From assembly GCA_950097015.1 (NCBI GenBank), contig CATNEN010000003.1:14260001-14324000 (forward strand): a DNA stretch of 64,000 bases. Direction: 5' to 3'. How positions within the stretch are numbered: position 1 is the stretch's first letter; each line of letters opens with the position of its first letter. The notes below the pieces were generated by a model. That model was not told the DNA's origin and ran no database searches. It worked only from the letters and a program-made list of their open reading frames with translations. Position numbers and translations under genes: made by a program. Of the stretch, positions 26,285 through 37,989 are shown piece by piece. This DNA comes from Macrostomum hystrix. Lineage: Eukaryota > Animalia > Platyhelminthes.

Positions 26285-27914
26285 TGGATTGCTAGACTAT
26301 GAAGTGACTGTGGGAATCAGTGGATTGCTAGACTATGAAGTGTCTGTGGGAATCAGTGGATTGCTAGACTATGAAGTGTCTGTGGGAATCTGTGGATTGC
26401 TAGACTATGAAGTGTCTGTGGCAATCGGTGTATTGCTAGACTATGAAGTGTCTGTGGGAATCTGTGGATTGCTAGACTATGAAGTGTCTGTGGCAATCGG
26501 TGGATTGCTAGACTATGAAGTGTCTGTGGGAATCAGTGGATTGCTAGACTATGAAGTGTCTGTGGCAATCGGTGGATTGCTAGACTATGAATTGTCTGTG
26601 GGAATCGGTGGATTGCTAGACTATGAAGTGTCGGTGGGAATCGGTGGATTGCTATACTATGAAGTGTCTGTGGGAATCTGTGGATTGCTAGACTATGAAG
26701 TGTCTGTGGGAATCTGTGGATTGCTAGACTATGAAGTGTCTGTGGCAATCGGTGTATTGCTAGACTATGAAGTGTCTGTGGGAATCAGTGGATTGCTAGA
26801 CTATGAAGTGTCTGTGGGAATATGTGGATTGCTAGACTATGAAGTGTCTGTGGCAATCGATGGATTGCTAGACTATGAAGTGTCTGTGGGAATATGTGGA
26901 TTGCTAGACTATGAAGTGTCTGTGGGAATCTGTGGATTGCTAGACTATGAAGTGTCTGTGGGAATCTGTGGATTGCTAGACTATGAAGTGTCTGTGGGAA
27001 TCAGTGGATTGCTAGACTATGAAGTGTCTGTGGCAATCGATGGATTGCTAGACTATGAAGTGTCTGTGGCAATCGGTGGATTGCTAGACTATGATGTGTC
27101 TGTGGCAATCGATGGATTGCTAGACTATGAATTGCTAGACTATGAAGTGTCTGTGGGAATATGTGGATTGCTAGACTATGAAGTGTCTGTGGGAATATGT
27201 GGATTGCTAGACTATGAAGTGTCTGTGGGAATATGTGGATTGCTAGACTATGAAGTGTCTGTGGGAATCTGTGGATTGCTAGACTATGAAGTGTCTGTGG
27301 GAATCTGTGGATTGCTAGACTATGAAGTGTCTGTGGCAATCGGTGGATTGCTAGACTATGAAGTGTCTGTGGGAATATGTGGATTGCTAGACTATGAAGT
27401 GTCTGTGGGAATCGGTGGATTGCTAGACTATGAAGTGTCGGTGGGAATCGGTGGATTGCTAGACTATGAAGTGTCTGTGGGAATCTGTGGATTGCTAGAC
27501 TATGAAGTGTCTGTGGGAATCAGTGGATTGCTAGACTATGAAGTGTCTGTGGCAATCGATGGATTGCTAGACTATGAAGTGTCTGTGGCAATCGGTGGAT
27601 TGCTAGACTATGATGTGTCTGTGGCAATCGATGGATTGCTAGACTATGAATTGCTAGACTATGAAGTGTCTGTGGGAATATGTGGATTGCTAGACTATGA
27701 AGTGTCTGTGGGAATATGTGGATTGCTAGACTATGAAGTGTCTGTGGGAATATGTGGATTGCTAGACTATGAAGTGTCTGTGGCAATCGGTGGATTGCTA
27801 GACTATGAAGTGTCTGTGGAAATATGTGGATTGCTAGACTATGAAGTGTCTGTGGCAATCGGTGGATTGCTAGACTATGAAGTGTCTGTGGCAATCGATG
27901 GATTGCTAGACTAT
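26285..27914. repeat. 36-bp minisatellite TGGATTGCTAGACTATGAAGTGTCTGTGGGAATCTG
   Basis: ~45 copies filling PDE intron 26269-27934. Confidence 0.98.
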
Positions 27915-27934
27915 AACTGTCGCAATTCCCTCAC

Positions 27935-28239
27935 CTGAGTTGAAAATGTCTTTCCAAATCGGTGGCTAGGATGCACTTCTCGATGGTGGCAATGCAGTGC
28001 TCATACTGCGGCTGAGCCAGCGATGACAGGATGTCGCAACCGGAAATAGAAAGCAGCATGATGCATTGGTTGAAATGATGTCTCTCCAGCATAGAGGAGC
28101 TGTACAGTTGAGCCAGTGGTGACAGAGTCAGTTTTTGAAATTTATTGTCGGTTCCGCGATGATCCAAATCGTGACAGAGGCAGGCGATCAGCATGGCAAT
28201 TTTGTCCAGACGATTTATGCAGCGCAGTTCGGGCGATGT
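27935..28239 (-). CDS. PDE exon, catalytic signature HDLDHRGT
   Basis: cgcag|ACA; ..IACLCHDLDHRGTDNKFQ..SPLAQLYSSSMLERHHFNQC..ILATDLERHFQL AG|gtgagg. Confidence 0.98.
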
Positions 28240-28390
28240 CTGCGCGATAGTAAGATGGTCAATAGACGTATTAAACAAAATAGAATCGGGAAATATTGGC
28301 TGTTCAGTTCCTAGACTGGCGAGGTCGCCACACCTACCCTACACCTAAAATCAGAGCTTAAATATCGAAAAAGAATTCTATACTTATAGA

Positions 28391-28640
28391 GGGATTGTAG
28401 CCTAGGGGTTAGAGCGTCGGACTAGTGACTTGAAGGTCGGGGGTTCGATTCCCTAATCCACTGGGACAATTTGCGTCCTTTAACAAGACACTTTAGCAAC
28501 TCTGTGTTGGTTCAGTTCATTCAGTAGTTAAATGTGTCCCAGAATTAGCTGGGTAATAAAGACTGGGTTTGGCTTTCCCCCCCCAGTCCATGGACTGAAC
28601 AGCCGTACGCAGCTTCAGATGCGCCGCGCAATAGCTGCGC
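28391..28640 (+). mobile_element. tRNA-derived SINE (family 1)
   Basis: tRNA-like head 28391-28460: A box TAGCCTAGGGGTT, B box GGTTCGATTCCC, poorly paired anticodon stem; then GTCCTTTAACAAGACACTTTA (CORE-like) and TTCATTCAGTAGTTAAATG; 3' end approximate. Confidence 0.75.
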
Positions 28641-28703
28641 CATCAAATCGAGCGGAATAGTTAATCTCATCAAATTAGTTTAACATCAAACAATAAAATT
28701 TAC

Positions 28704-28896
28704 CTTAAGCATGGCGTGCATTGTCTGGGTCACATTTAACGCGTGCCTCCAATTGTGATAAGTAACGCTTCGATAATTGCGTTTAACGGACAGCAGCCAG
28801 CGACAGAAGGTGACGTAATCGATTTTGAAGGCCGAGAAAGCGCAAGCCTCTTCGAACATCTTGATGGCGCAGATCAGCGTCTCATCGTCGCTAAGT
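28704..28896 (-). CDS. PDE exon, catalytic domain (YHNWRHA)
   Basis: ttcag|A; LSDDETLICAIKMF..FCRWLLSVKRNYRSVTYHNWRHALNVTQTMHAMLK|gtaaaa. Confidence 0.97.
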
Positions 28897-28966
28897 CTGA
28901 ATAGAAAAATATATATCGTTGGAGGTCGAGGGTTCGTTTCCCGATTCTCAATAAAGTTTCTCTTAC

Positions 28967-29310
28967 CCGATATCTGTGAATTCGAAATCGTTGACCTTCA
29001 AATACCTAGCGGATGGTATGAGGCATTTGGACAGTCGAATCGCGTCTTCCAACTTGGCCACTGCGTGATAGCTGAGCACTTCGAGAGCCACTCGCTGCCT
29101 CTTCATGGCTACCTCGGCCTTCTCGTGCATCCTGGTGTTGTGAATGCCCAGGCCGCAGAACAGGGCGAAAGCTTCGGCCAGCTGCTGATCGCCTCTGGTG
29201 AAACAGCTGCCATCTGGCTTGTTCATGAGCAGACAGAGGCCAACGACTTGAGACATGGCGTTCTTGACTGGGATGCATAGGAGAGCTGTAATGCTCACCC
29301 GCTCCAGCTC
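28967..29310 (-). CDS. PDE exon, GAF-B end and catalytic-domain start
   Basis: cgcag|GAG; ELERVSITALLCIPVKN..MNKPDGSCFTRGDQQLAEAFALFCGLGIHNT..ALEVLSYHA..FEFTDI GG|gtaaga. Confidence 0.96.
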
Positions 29311-29327
29311 CTGCGGTTGGAGGGTGA

Positions 29328-30165
29328 TGATGGATTGGTGGATTATTCCGGATGGATTCCTGACGAATCTGATGTACTCCTGATAGATTAATGATGGATT
29401 TCTAATGGATTATACATGGATTTTGTGAAGGACTCTTGATGGATTCTTGATTGGTTCTTGATGGATTCTTTATCTACTCTTGATGGATTCCTGATGGATT
29501 CCTGATGGATTTATGATGGATTCCTGATGGATTTATGATGGATTCCTGATAGATTCATGATGGGTTCCTGATGGCTTCTGATAGATTAAAGATGGATTTC
29601 TAATGGATTATACATGGATTTTGTAAAGAACTCTTGATGGATTCTTGATTGGTTCTTGATCGATTCTTGATGTACTCTTGATGGATTCCTGATGGATTTA
29701 TGATGGATTCCTGATAGATTCCTGGTGGATTCTTGAAGAATTCCCGATGGATTCCTGATGGATTCCTGATCGATTCCTGGTGGTTTCTTGATGAATTCCA
29801 GATGGATTTACCGATAGATTCATAATGGATTCCTGATAGATTATTGATGGATTCCTGATGGATTCCCGATGGATGTATTGATGTATTGTTCCTGATTGCT
29901 ACGCAGAAAAATCTGATGGATTTTTCGTGGATTCTTGATGGATTCATGATGGATTAAATGTGGATTCTTAATCGACTTTTAGTGGATTCTAATGGATTAT
30001 TAGTGATGGATTTTTTTATGAATTACTGATGGATTGCAAGTGGATTTATGATGGATTCCTGATGAAATATTTCTGACTTTAAAATAAATTCTTGAAAGAT
30101 ATTGTTCGTAATATATTCCAGATGAATTCATTATTGATGTGATTATGTGGATTACTGATGAATTT
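29328..30165. repeat. Degenerate 11-bp array GATGGATTCCT
   Basis: Fills PDE intron 29311-30241. Confidence 0.9.
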
Positions 30166-30241
30166 CTAATGTGTTCTCAAATTATATTCAGTCTCAAACA
30201 CATAAAATAGTTGAAGCAGTTAGCAGTACGAGCCAAATTAC

Positions 30242-30283
30242 CGTTAGTCTATCATCTTGAGCAGCATTTGCGATGTTCAACGG
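30242..30283 (-). CDS. PDE exon, GAF-B
   Basis: ttgcag|CCG; PLNIANAAQDDRLT|gtaatt; corresponds to the GAF LNI.DA..D.RF motif. Confidence 0.88.
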
Positions 30284-30386
30284 CTGCAATGAAAAATGAA
30301 AATGTATTACTTGCTACTATTAGTAATAAGTAGGCTAATTCGCTCTAATTGATCATGAAGTCTAGCTTCCAGAAATATTTAATTAC

Positions 30387-30435
30387 CTCACCGGAACTGC
30401 ACACAAGTCTTGCTATTTGACTGTTTAGAAGCAAT
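30387..30435 (-). CDS. PDE exon, GAF-B
   Basis: attttag|A; (R)LLLNSQIARLVCSSGE|gtaatt; phase 2 to 0. Confidence 0.88.
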
Positions 30436-30471
30436 CTAAAATAAAAACAGAGCAATTAGCATTTTTGTCTG

Positions 30472-31590
30472 ATGGGTTCAGGTTTAGTCTGGTAGGTTGA
30501 GGTTTAGTCTGGTAGGTTGAGGTTTAGTCTGGTAGTTTGAGGTTTAGTCTGGTAGGTTGAGGTTTAGTCTGGTGGGTTGAGGTTTAGTCTGGTAGGTTGA
30601 GGTTTAGTCTGGTAGGTTGAGGTTTAGTCTGGTGGGTTGAGGTTTAGTCTGGTAGGTTGAGGTTTAGTCTGGTAGGTTGAGGTTTAGTCTGGTGGGTTGA
30701 GGTTTAGTCTGGTAGGTTGAGGTTTAGTCTGGTAGGTTGAGGTTTAGTCTGGTAGGTTGAGGTTTAGTCTGGTAGGTTGAGGTTTAGTCTGGTAGGTTGA
30801 GGTTTAGTCTGGTAGGTTGTGGTTTAGTCTGGTAGGTTGAGGTTTAGTCTGGTAGGTTGAGGTTTAGTCTGGTAGGTTGAGGTTTAGTCTGGTAGGTTGA
30901 GGTTTAGTCTGGTAGGTTGAGGTTTAGTCTGGTAGGTTGAGGTTTAGTCTGGTAGGTTGAGGTTTAGTCTGGTAGGTTGTGGTTTAGTCTGGTAGGTTGA
31001 GGTTTAGTCTGGTAGGTTGAGGTTTAGTCTGGTAGGTTGAGGTTTAGTCTGGTAGGTTGAGGTTTAGTCTGGTAGGTTGAGGTTTAGTCTGGTGGGTTGA
31101 GGTTTAGTCTGGTAGGTTGAGGTTTAGTCTGGTAGGTTGAGGTTTAGTCTGGTAGGTTGAGGTTTAGTCTGGTGGGTTGAGGTTTAGTCTGGTGGGTTGA
31201 GGTTTAGTCTGGTAGGTTGTGGTTTAGTCTGGTAGGTTGAGGTTTAGTCTGGTAGGTTGAGGTTTAGTCTGGTAGGTTGAGGTTTAGTCTGGTAGGTTGA
31301 GGTTTAGTCTGGTAGGTTGAGGTTTAGTCTGGTAGGTTGAGGTTTAGTCTGGTAGGTTGAGGTTTAGTCTGGTAGGTTGTGGTTTAGTCTGGTAGGTTGA
31401 GGTTTAGTCTGGTAGGTTGAGGTTTAGTCTGGTAGGTTGAGGTTTAGTCTGGTAGGTTGAGGTTTAGTCTGGTAGGTTGAGGTTTAGTCTGGTGGGTTGA
31501 GGTTTAGTCTGGTAGGTTGAGGTTTAGTCTGGTAGGTTGAGGTTTAGTCTGGTAGGTTGAGGTTTAGTCTGGTGGGTTGAGGTTTAGTCT
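30472..31590. repeat. 20-bp minisatellite GGTTTAGTCTGGTAGGTTGA
   Basis: ~56 nearly identical copies. Confidence 0.98.
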
Positions 31591-31713
31591 TTAACAAAAA
31601 TATACTGAAGATTTTTTACATTTGTGTGAGAATACTGTAAATTATTTTTAGGGGGCATAATTTTCTTAAAATACTACTAACTGATCTTTTTAGTAGTGCA
31701 AAAGCTGTCTTAC

Positions 31714-31802
31714 CTGCACTCCTCTGAGATAGTGAATCGCGCCTTGCCTCCATCTGTAGGCTCATTGTCAGTAAACAGTTCGTAGACTTGATCAAACAGA
31801 CC
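31714..31802 (-). CDS. PDE exon, GAF-B
   Basis: ttttag|GGT; GLFDQVYELFTDNEPTDGGKARFTISEEC AG|gtaaga; phase 0 to 2. Confidence 0.85.
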
Positions 31803-32121
31803 CTAAAAAGTTAAGAAATATTCAACATATTCTTATGTTTATGAATAGTAATGAAGTTGTTGCATTGCTATGCAGCATTAAATGCATGTATTCTATAAGA
31901 ATTTGCTAGGGGACAATGAAGGAATTATTAACAAAAGCATGGGATCAGCTAAACTGCTTATTTTGTGTTTAGAGCTCACAGTAGCCATTTAGATTATAGA
32001 ATATGCTACACTAAAATATCAGAAATTTTTTGTAAGATTGACTAAGTCAATTGAGCCTGACGTTCAACCATTTTCATTCCCAAGTTTGGGATTCTAATCT
32101 GATAGATTGGGATTATTATAT

Positions 32122-32449
32122 AAAAATAATAATTGCAGGAGGGCTGCGGGCAATGGCACATCATTTGGTGACACCAGACCCGCAGCCAGTGAGGAGGCAA
32201 TTCTGCCCATTTCGCTGACTCCTGAGCTCACCCGCACACAGATACTGTACACAGGCACACGCTGCGTACTCATCGTCAGGCAGTGTACACTTCACTGTGT
32301 CTAGGAGGTTGGCCCTCAAGGGCCTAAATTGCACGACAAGCCCCCAAGCCTTCTCTCCGCGGCTGCGCCCCAAATAAATGTGGCCTCGACGCGGAATCGA
32401 GCTCAGGGACCTTGGTGCCTGGCAACTCTGCCGCACTCTGCCAACTCCG
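32122..32449 (-). mobile_element. tRNA-derived SINE (family 2), near full length
   Basis: On -: A box TGGCAGAGTGCGG (32431-32443), AAGGTCCCTGAGCTCGATTCC with B-box-like core (32393-32404), GC-rich hairpin body, (ATT)n/T tail; second copy at 42448. Confidence 0.75.
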
Positions 32450-32454
32450 AAAAA

Positions 32455-34645
32455 TTGGATTTTTACATTAAGGATTGGGATTCTTATCCGAAGGATTTGA
32501 ATTTTTATATGAAGGATTGGGATTCTTACCTGAAGGATTGGGATTCTTATCCGAAGGATTTGAATTTTTATATGAAGGATTGGGATTCTTACCTGAAGGA
32601 TTGGGATTCGTTCCCGAAGGATTGGGATTATTATCCGAAGGATTGGGATTCGTTCCCGAAGGATTGGGATTCTTATCCGAAGGATTGGGATTCGTTCCCG
32701 AAGGATTGGGATTCTTATCCGAAGGATTTGAATTTTTATATGAAGGATTGGGATTCTTACCTGAAGGATTGGGATTCGTTCCCGAAGGATTGGGATTCTT
32801 ATCCGAAAGATTGGGATTCGTTCCCGAAGGATTGGGATTCTTATCCGAAGGATTTGAATTTTTATATGAAGGATTGGGATTCCTACCTGAAGGATTGGGA
32901 TTCGTTCCCGAAGGATTGGGATTCTTATCCGAAGGATTGGGATTCGTTCCCGAAGGATTGGGATTCTTATCCGAAGGATTTGAATTTTTATATGAAGGAT
33001 TGAGATTCTTACCTGAAGGATTGGGATTCGTTCCCGAAGGATTGGGATTCTTATCCGAAGGATTGGGATTCGTTCCCGAAGGATTGGGATTCTTATCCGA
33101 AGGATTCGGATTTTTATATGAGGATTTGGATTATTACCCGAAGGATTGGCATTATTACCCGAAGGATTGGCATTATTACCCTAAGGATTGGCATTCTTAC
33201 CCGAAGGATTGGCATTCTTACCCCAAGGATTGGGATTCGTTCCCGAAGGATTGGCATTCTTACCCCATGGATTGGGATTCTTATCCGAAGGATTCGGATT
33301 TTTATATGAGGATTTGGATTATTACCCGAAGGATTGGGATTCTTACCCGAAGGATTGGCATTCTTACCCGAAGGATTGGCATTCTTACCCGAAGGATTGG
33401 CATTCGTTCCCGAAGGATTGGGATTCGTTCCCGAAGGATTGGCATTCTTACCCGAAGGATTGGCATTATTACCCGAAGGATTGGCATTCTTACCCGAAGG
33501 ATTGGCATTATTACCCGAAGGATTGGCATTCTTACCCGAAGGATTGGCATTATTACCCGAAGGATTGGCATTCTTACCCGAAGGATTGGCATTATTACCC
33601 GAAGGATTGGCATTATTACCCGAAGGATTGGCATTCTTACCCGAAGGATTGGCATTCTTACCCGAAGGATTGGCATTCTTACCCGAAGGATTGGCATTCT
33701 TACCCGAAAGATTGGCATTATTACCCGAAGGATTGGCATTCTTACCCGAAGGATTGGCATTATTACCCGAAGGATTGGCATTCTTACCCGAAGGATTGGC
33801 ATTCTTACCCGAAGGATTGGCATTCTTACCCGAAGGATTGGCATTCTTACCCGAAGGATTGGCATTCTTACCCGAAGGATTGGCATTCTTACCCGAAGGA
33901 TTGGCATTCTTACCCGAAGGATTGGCATTATTACCCGAAGGATTGGCATTCTTACCCGAAGGATTGGCATTATTACCCGAAGGATTGGCATTATTACCCG
34001 AAGGATTGGCATTATTACCCGAAGGATTGGCATTCTTACCCGAAGGATGGGCATTCTTACCCGAAGGATTGGCATTCTTACCCGAAGGATTGGCATTCTT
34101 ACCCGAAGGATGGGCATTCTTACCCGAAGGATTGGCATTCTTACCCGAAGGATTGGCATTCTTACCCGAAGGATGGGCATTCTTACCCGAAGGATTGGCA
34201 TTCTTACCCGAAGGATTGGCATTATTACCCGAAGGATTTGGATTCTTATCCGAAGGATTGGGATTCTTACCCGAAGGATTGGGATTCTTATCCGAAGGAT
34301 TGGGATTCTTTCCCGAAGGATTTGGATTCTTACCCGAAGGATTTGGATTTTTATATGAGGGATTTGGATTATTACCCGAAGGATTGGCATTATTACCCGA
34401 AGGATTGGCATTCTTACCCGAAGGATTGGCATTATTACCCGAAGGATTGGCATTCTTACCCGAAGGATTGGGATTCTTACCCGAAGGATTGGCATTCTTA
34501 CCCGAAGGATTGGGATTCGTTCCCGAAGGATTGGCATTCTTACCCGAAGGATTGGCATTCTTACCCGAAGGATTCGGATTTTTATATGAGGGATTTGGAT
34601 TATTACCCGAAGGATTGGGATTCTTTCCCGAAAAATTGGGATAAT
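32455..34645. repeat. 21-bp minisatellite GAAGGATTGG(G/C)ATTCTTACCC
   Basis: ~104 copies; variants are zoned along the array. Confidence 0.98.
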
Positions 34646-35242
34646 TATATGAATTATAAATAAGTTAGATTTGGTTTAGCTTCCAAATGGTTAAAATTAT
34701 TTTCAAAGGATTGAGATTTTTATTTAAGGATTTATTAAGATTATTATTAAAACGATAGGCATTTCGTTTTCAAGTATTGGGATTACGTTTTAAAGGATTT
34801 ATATTTAGTTTTCTAATAATCGTTCTTATCTTATACAGCTTTTTACAGTGTCTAACGGAAAAATATTTTCAGTGACAAACTGTTATGGGATTTTAGAGTT
34901 TTTTAAGAATTATTTAAAAAACCCAATCTGCCTACTTTATCAGTAGCAATCCTAGCAATATGATTATTAAAAAGGAGATGAAAGTACAAAAATACTAATT
35001 TGTCCGGGTATTTAAATATTAGCAAACTAGCTATGTTTAGGTCAATTAAAATTAAGTTAATTTTACTCTAAAAAAGGAGAAGTACATAAACGAATGATAA
35101 AATCAGAAGGTTGGGTCAACGTACAATGGCAGAACCGATGTTGTACATTAGTGAGTGCTATTGCTATATTTCACGCAGTGGGGAGGGCAAACACACAAGG
35201 TAAACTATGTAGGTTTAAAAACGCCATTTCCTTTCTTCTTAC

Positions 35243-35257
35243 CTCCTCTTGCCAAGG
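35243..35257 (-). CDS. Candidate 15-nt micro-exon of PDE (PWQEE)
   Basis: ttatttttcctccaaaattttag|CCTTGGCAAGAGGAG|gtaaga; phase 0-0 matches the host intron. Confidence 0.5.
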
Positions 35258-35451
35258 CTAAAATTTTGGAGGAAAAATAAGTTTGTCAAACGCAAATATT
35301 GCGAAAAAGCTATAGTTTGATTTCTGCTTTTCTGTTCCGCTGAATCACTGATAGAGAATCAGGGAGATGATGTATTGCACGAGGATTTCAGATTGATTCG
35401 GAAGTTGCTTTTCATTTTACTAAGTCATGACTTTAGAGAAATTAGTTAATG

Positions 35452-36355
35452 GAATTGGGATTTGGGATTTTGGAATTTGGGATTCGGGATTTTGGGACTT
35501 AGGATTTAAGGGCTTGGGTTTTAGAGAGTTAGGATTTAGGGATTTGAAAGTTTAGGACTTGGGATTTAGTGAGTTGGGATTTGTGACTTGGGATTTAGGA
35601 CTTGGGATTAAGGAACTTGGGATTTGGGGGCTTGGGATTTAGGAACTTTGGATATAGCGACTTGGGATTTAGGGGCTTGGGATCTAGGGCCTTTGTATTT
35701 ATGGACTTGGGATTTAGGGACTAGGGATTTAGGGACTTGGGATTTAGGGACATGGGATTTAGGAACTTGGGATTTAGGGGCTTGGGATTTAGGGACTTGA
35801 GATTTAGGGGCTTGGGATTTAGGGACTTGAGATTTAGGGCCTTTGTATTTATGGACTTGGGATTTATGGACTTGGGATTTAGGGACTTGGGATTTAGGAA
35901 CTTGGGATTTAGGGGCTTGGGATCTAGGGCCTTTGTATTTATGGACTTGGGATTTAGGGGCTTGGGATTTAGGAACTTGGGATTTAGGGGCTTGGGATTT
36001 AGGAACTTGGGATTTAGGGGCTTGGGATCTAGGGCCTTTGTATTTATGGACTTGGGATTTAGGGGCTTGGGATTTAGGAACTTGGGATTTAGGGGCTTGG
36101 GATCTAGGGCCTTTGTATTTATGGACTTGGGATTTAGGGGCTTGGGATTTAGGGACTTGGGATTTAGGGCCTTTGTATTTATGGACTTGGGATTTATGGA
36201 CTTGGGATTTAGGGACTTGGGATTTAGGGACTTGGGATTTATGGACTTGGGATTTAGGGACTTGGGATTTAGGAACTTGGGATTTTGTGACTTGAGATTT
36301 AGGGACTTGGGATTTAGGAACTTGGATTCGAACACTTGGGATTCAGGAAATCGGG
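35452..36355. repeat. 15-bp array GGGATTTAGGGACTT
   Basis: Many units contain TTAGGG. Confidence 0.96.
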
Positions 36356-36961
36356 ATGTGGGGGCTCATTTGCAACACCTACCTTCAGAGTTTCTATAAA
36401 TAAATAAAAACTTTTGTGTCGATTAATTAAAGACTATTATTAATCTAATGAGCCTTTAGAAAAATGGTCTTTAGTAGCATTTAAAGGTAGCATTTGCAGA
36501 TCAAACTTCGGACATCGTGACGAAAATTAGAGAGTTCAAGATGGATAATAAATGTGTAATCTGCAAACGAGGGCATTATGTTTATGTGTGGGTTACTTTC
36601 CAGGTAATAGGATTAATCAATAACTTTTATTCAACATAATATTAAGCCCAATCAGTTACTATTGTTGTCGTTATTGTTATAACATCATTCAAGGTAAGGC
36701 ATAGAGAAGAATAAGTATTAGTTCGTGTTTGAAATATATTAGCGCATAGAGGATTAAAATAGTAAAAAGCGAGAGCAGCAGCAGCAACAGCAGCGCAAGA
36801 CTACTTTAAAATTGTACTTTGACAGCAAAACATTCTTAATTCTACGTCGGTATTAATATTGTTATATTTGTGCTTATCTATTAAGTCACTGTACTTCACT
36901 AACGGAACAATCATAATCATGGTGATCACTTTGGAGCTATGAAACCATTTTTCTTACGCAC

Positions 36962-37000
36962 ACATTTTTTTATGTCTGCTGACCGATTGTCAACTGAAAT
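36962..37000 (-). CDS. Candidate 39-nt alternative exon of PDE (ISVDNRSADIKKC)
   Basis: Strong acceptor ttttctcttgcag, donor gtgcgt, phase 0-0, no stop; no homology support. Confidence 0.35.
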
Positions 37001-37189
37001 CTGCAAGAGAAAATGTTTGAAATCCTTTTTTAAACTAATGTTCTTTCCTTATTGTGATTGTATTTTATTATCTTTACTATTAGCGACTTGAAAGTTAAGA
37101 TGGACAACAAGATCATGCAACAAATAAGTTAGAAAAATAACTTAAATCATATGAGTTAATAAGTACGCTTGTTGCTATGCATTTACTCC

Positions 37190-37420
37190 TCACTCCTCAC
37201 CAACCACCTCTCTCCGCACCAACTCCGCAACAACCACCTTAATACGCACCAGACACTTCACTCCGCACCAACTACCTCACTCCGCACCAACCACCTCACT
37301 CCGCAACAACCACCTCACTCCGCAACAACCATCTCACTCCACACCAACCACCCCACTGCGCACCAACTACCTCACTTCACAAGAGCCACCTCACTCCCCA
37401 CCAGCCACCCCACTCCATCC
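37190..37420. repeat. ~22-bp C-rich array CCAACCACCTCACTCCGCA
   Basis: ~10 degenerate copies. Confidence 0.85.
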
Positions 37421-37724
37421 TAAGCACGTGAAATATTTATTTATTAAGCGAAAAGCTTGTCATGCAGCTAATTAATTTGATTGGCGAGAAACTTCAATGA
37501 ATGCTTGAAAAAAAACTGTTAGTGCATTTTGGGTCTTTTTCACGGAAAGTCAAAATTTTAACGTTTGTCATGCAACGTGATTTTTTCAAGATTGCAAGAT
37601 TTTTATATCTGAATAAAAAACACTTCAGCTTTGTACTTTATGGCGTCCATTCGTAGTACTGGTTGCCGTCAAGCAAACATGCGTAAAGATCTACAATAAG
37701 ATATCGATACAACCTGAAACTTAC

Positions 37725-37868
37725 CTCGGTAGCTGAGGGGTCATCAATAAGCAGAATCTGGCACCAGCGGCATTGGGTTATGACCTGCATATAGTGCATA
37801 ATCTTGCGCACAAGAGGGTCTAGATCGTTCTGTTGCTCGAATATGATGCGAACGAGGTCTAGTAGCAC
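37725..37868 (-). CDS. PDE exon, GAF-B start
   Basis: ttcag|GTG; VLLDLVRIIFEQQNDLDPLVRKIMHYMQVITQCRWCQILLIDDPSATE|gtaagt. Confidence 0.94.
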
Positions 37869-37989
37869 CTGAAAATATTCACCCAACAGTAATTCATTCT
37901 TTAGAATTGAGTTTGGAACCCTCCTATTAAAATTATTTTTTAGAGATTCGATTGCTTTCACTGGCGCTAGCTCAGGCCTAAACACCCCA

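Noticed and set aside
26211-27938. 575-aa ORF (LLDYEVSVGICG repeats)
   Set aside because: 36-bp array antisense within a PDE intron bounded by good splice sites; unit length divisible by 3 explains the ORF.
28391-28460. Functional tRNA (AGT anticodon, Thr-like)
   Set aside because: Anticodon and acceptor stems pair poorly, no immediate T-run terminator, and a SINE-type body follows.
32160-32290. Hammerhead or HDV ribozyme in SINE family 2
   Set aside because: CTGACGA is not followed by a stem closing at GAAA; the HDV-like P3/L3 lacks identifiable P1 and P2 partners. Retained only as a check within the SINE finding.
32329-34663. 224-627 aa ORFs resembling LRR or repeat proteins (LPEGLAF / YPKDWHS)
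   Set aside because: 21-bp intronic minisatellite open in several frames on both strands, with frame-shifting indels; LRR resemblance is coincidental.
35452-36355. Telomere or interstitial telomeric array
   Set aside because: TTAGGG occurs only singly within a 15-bp unit, not as tandem hexamers.
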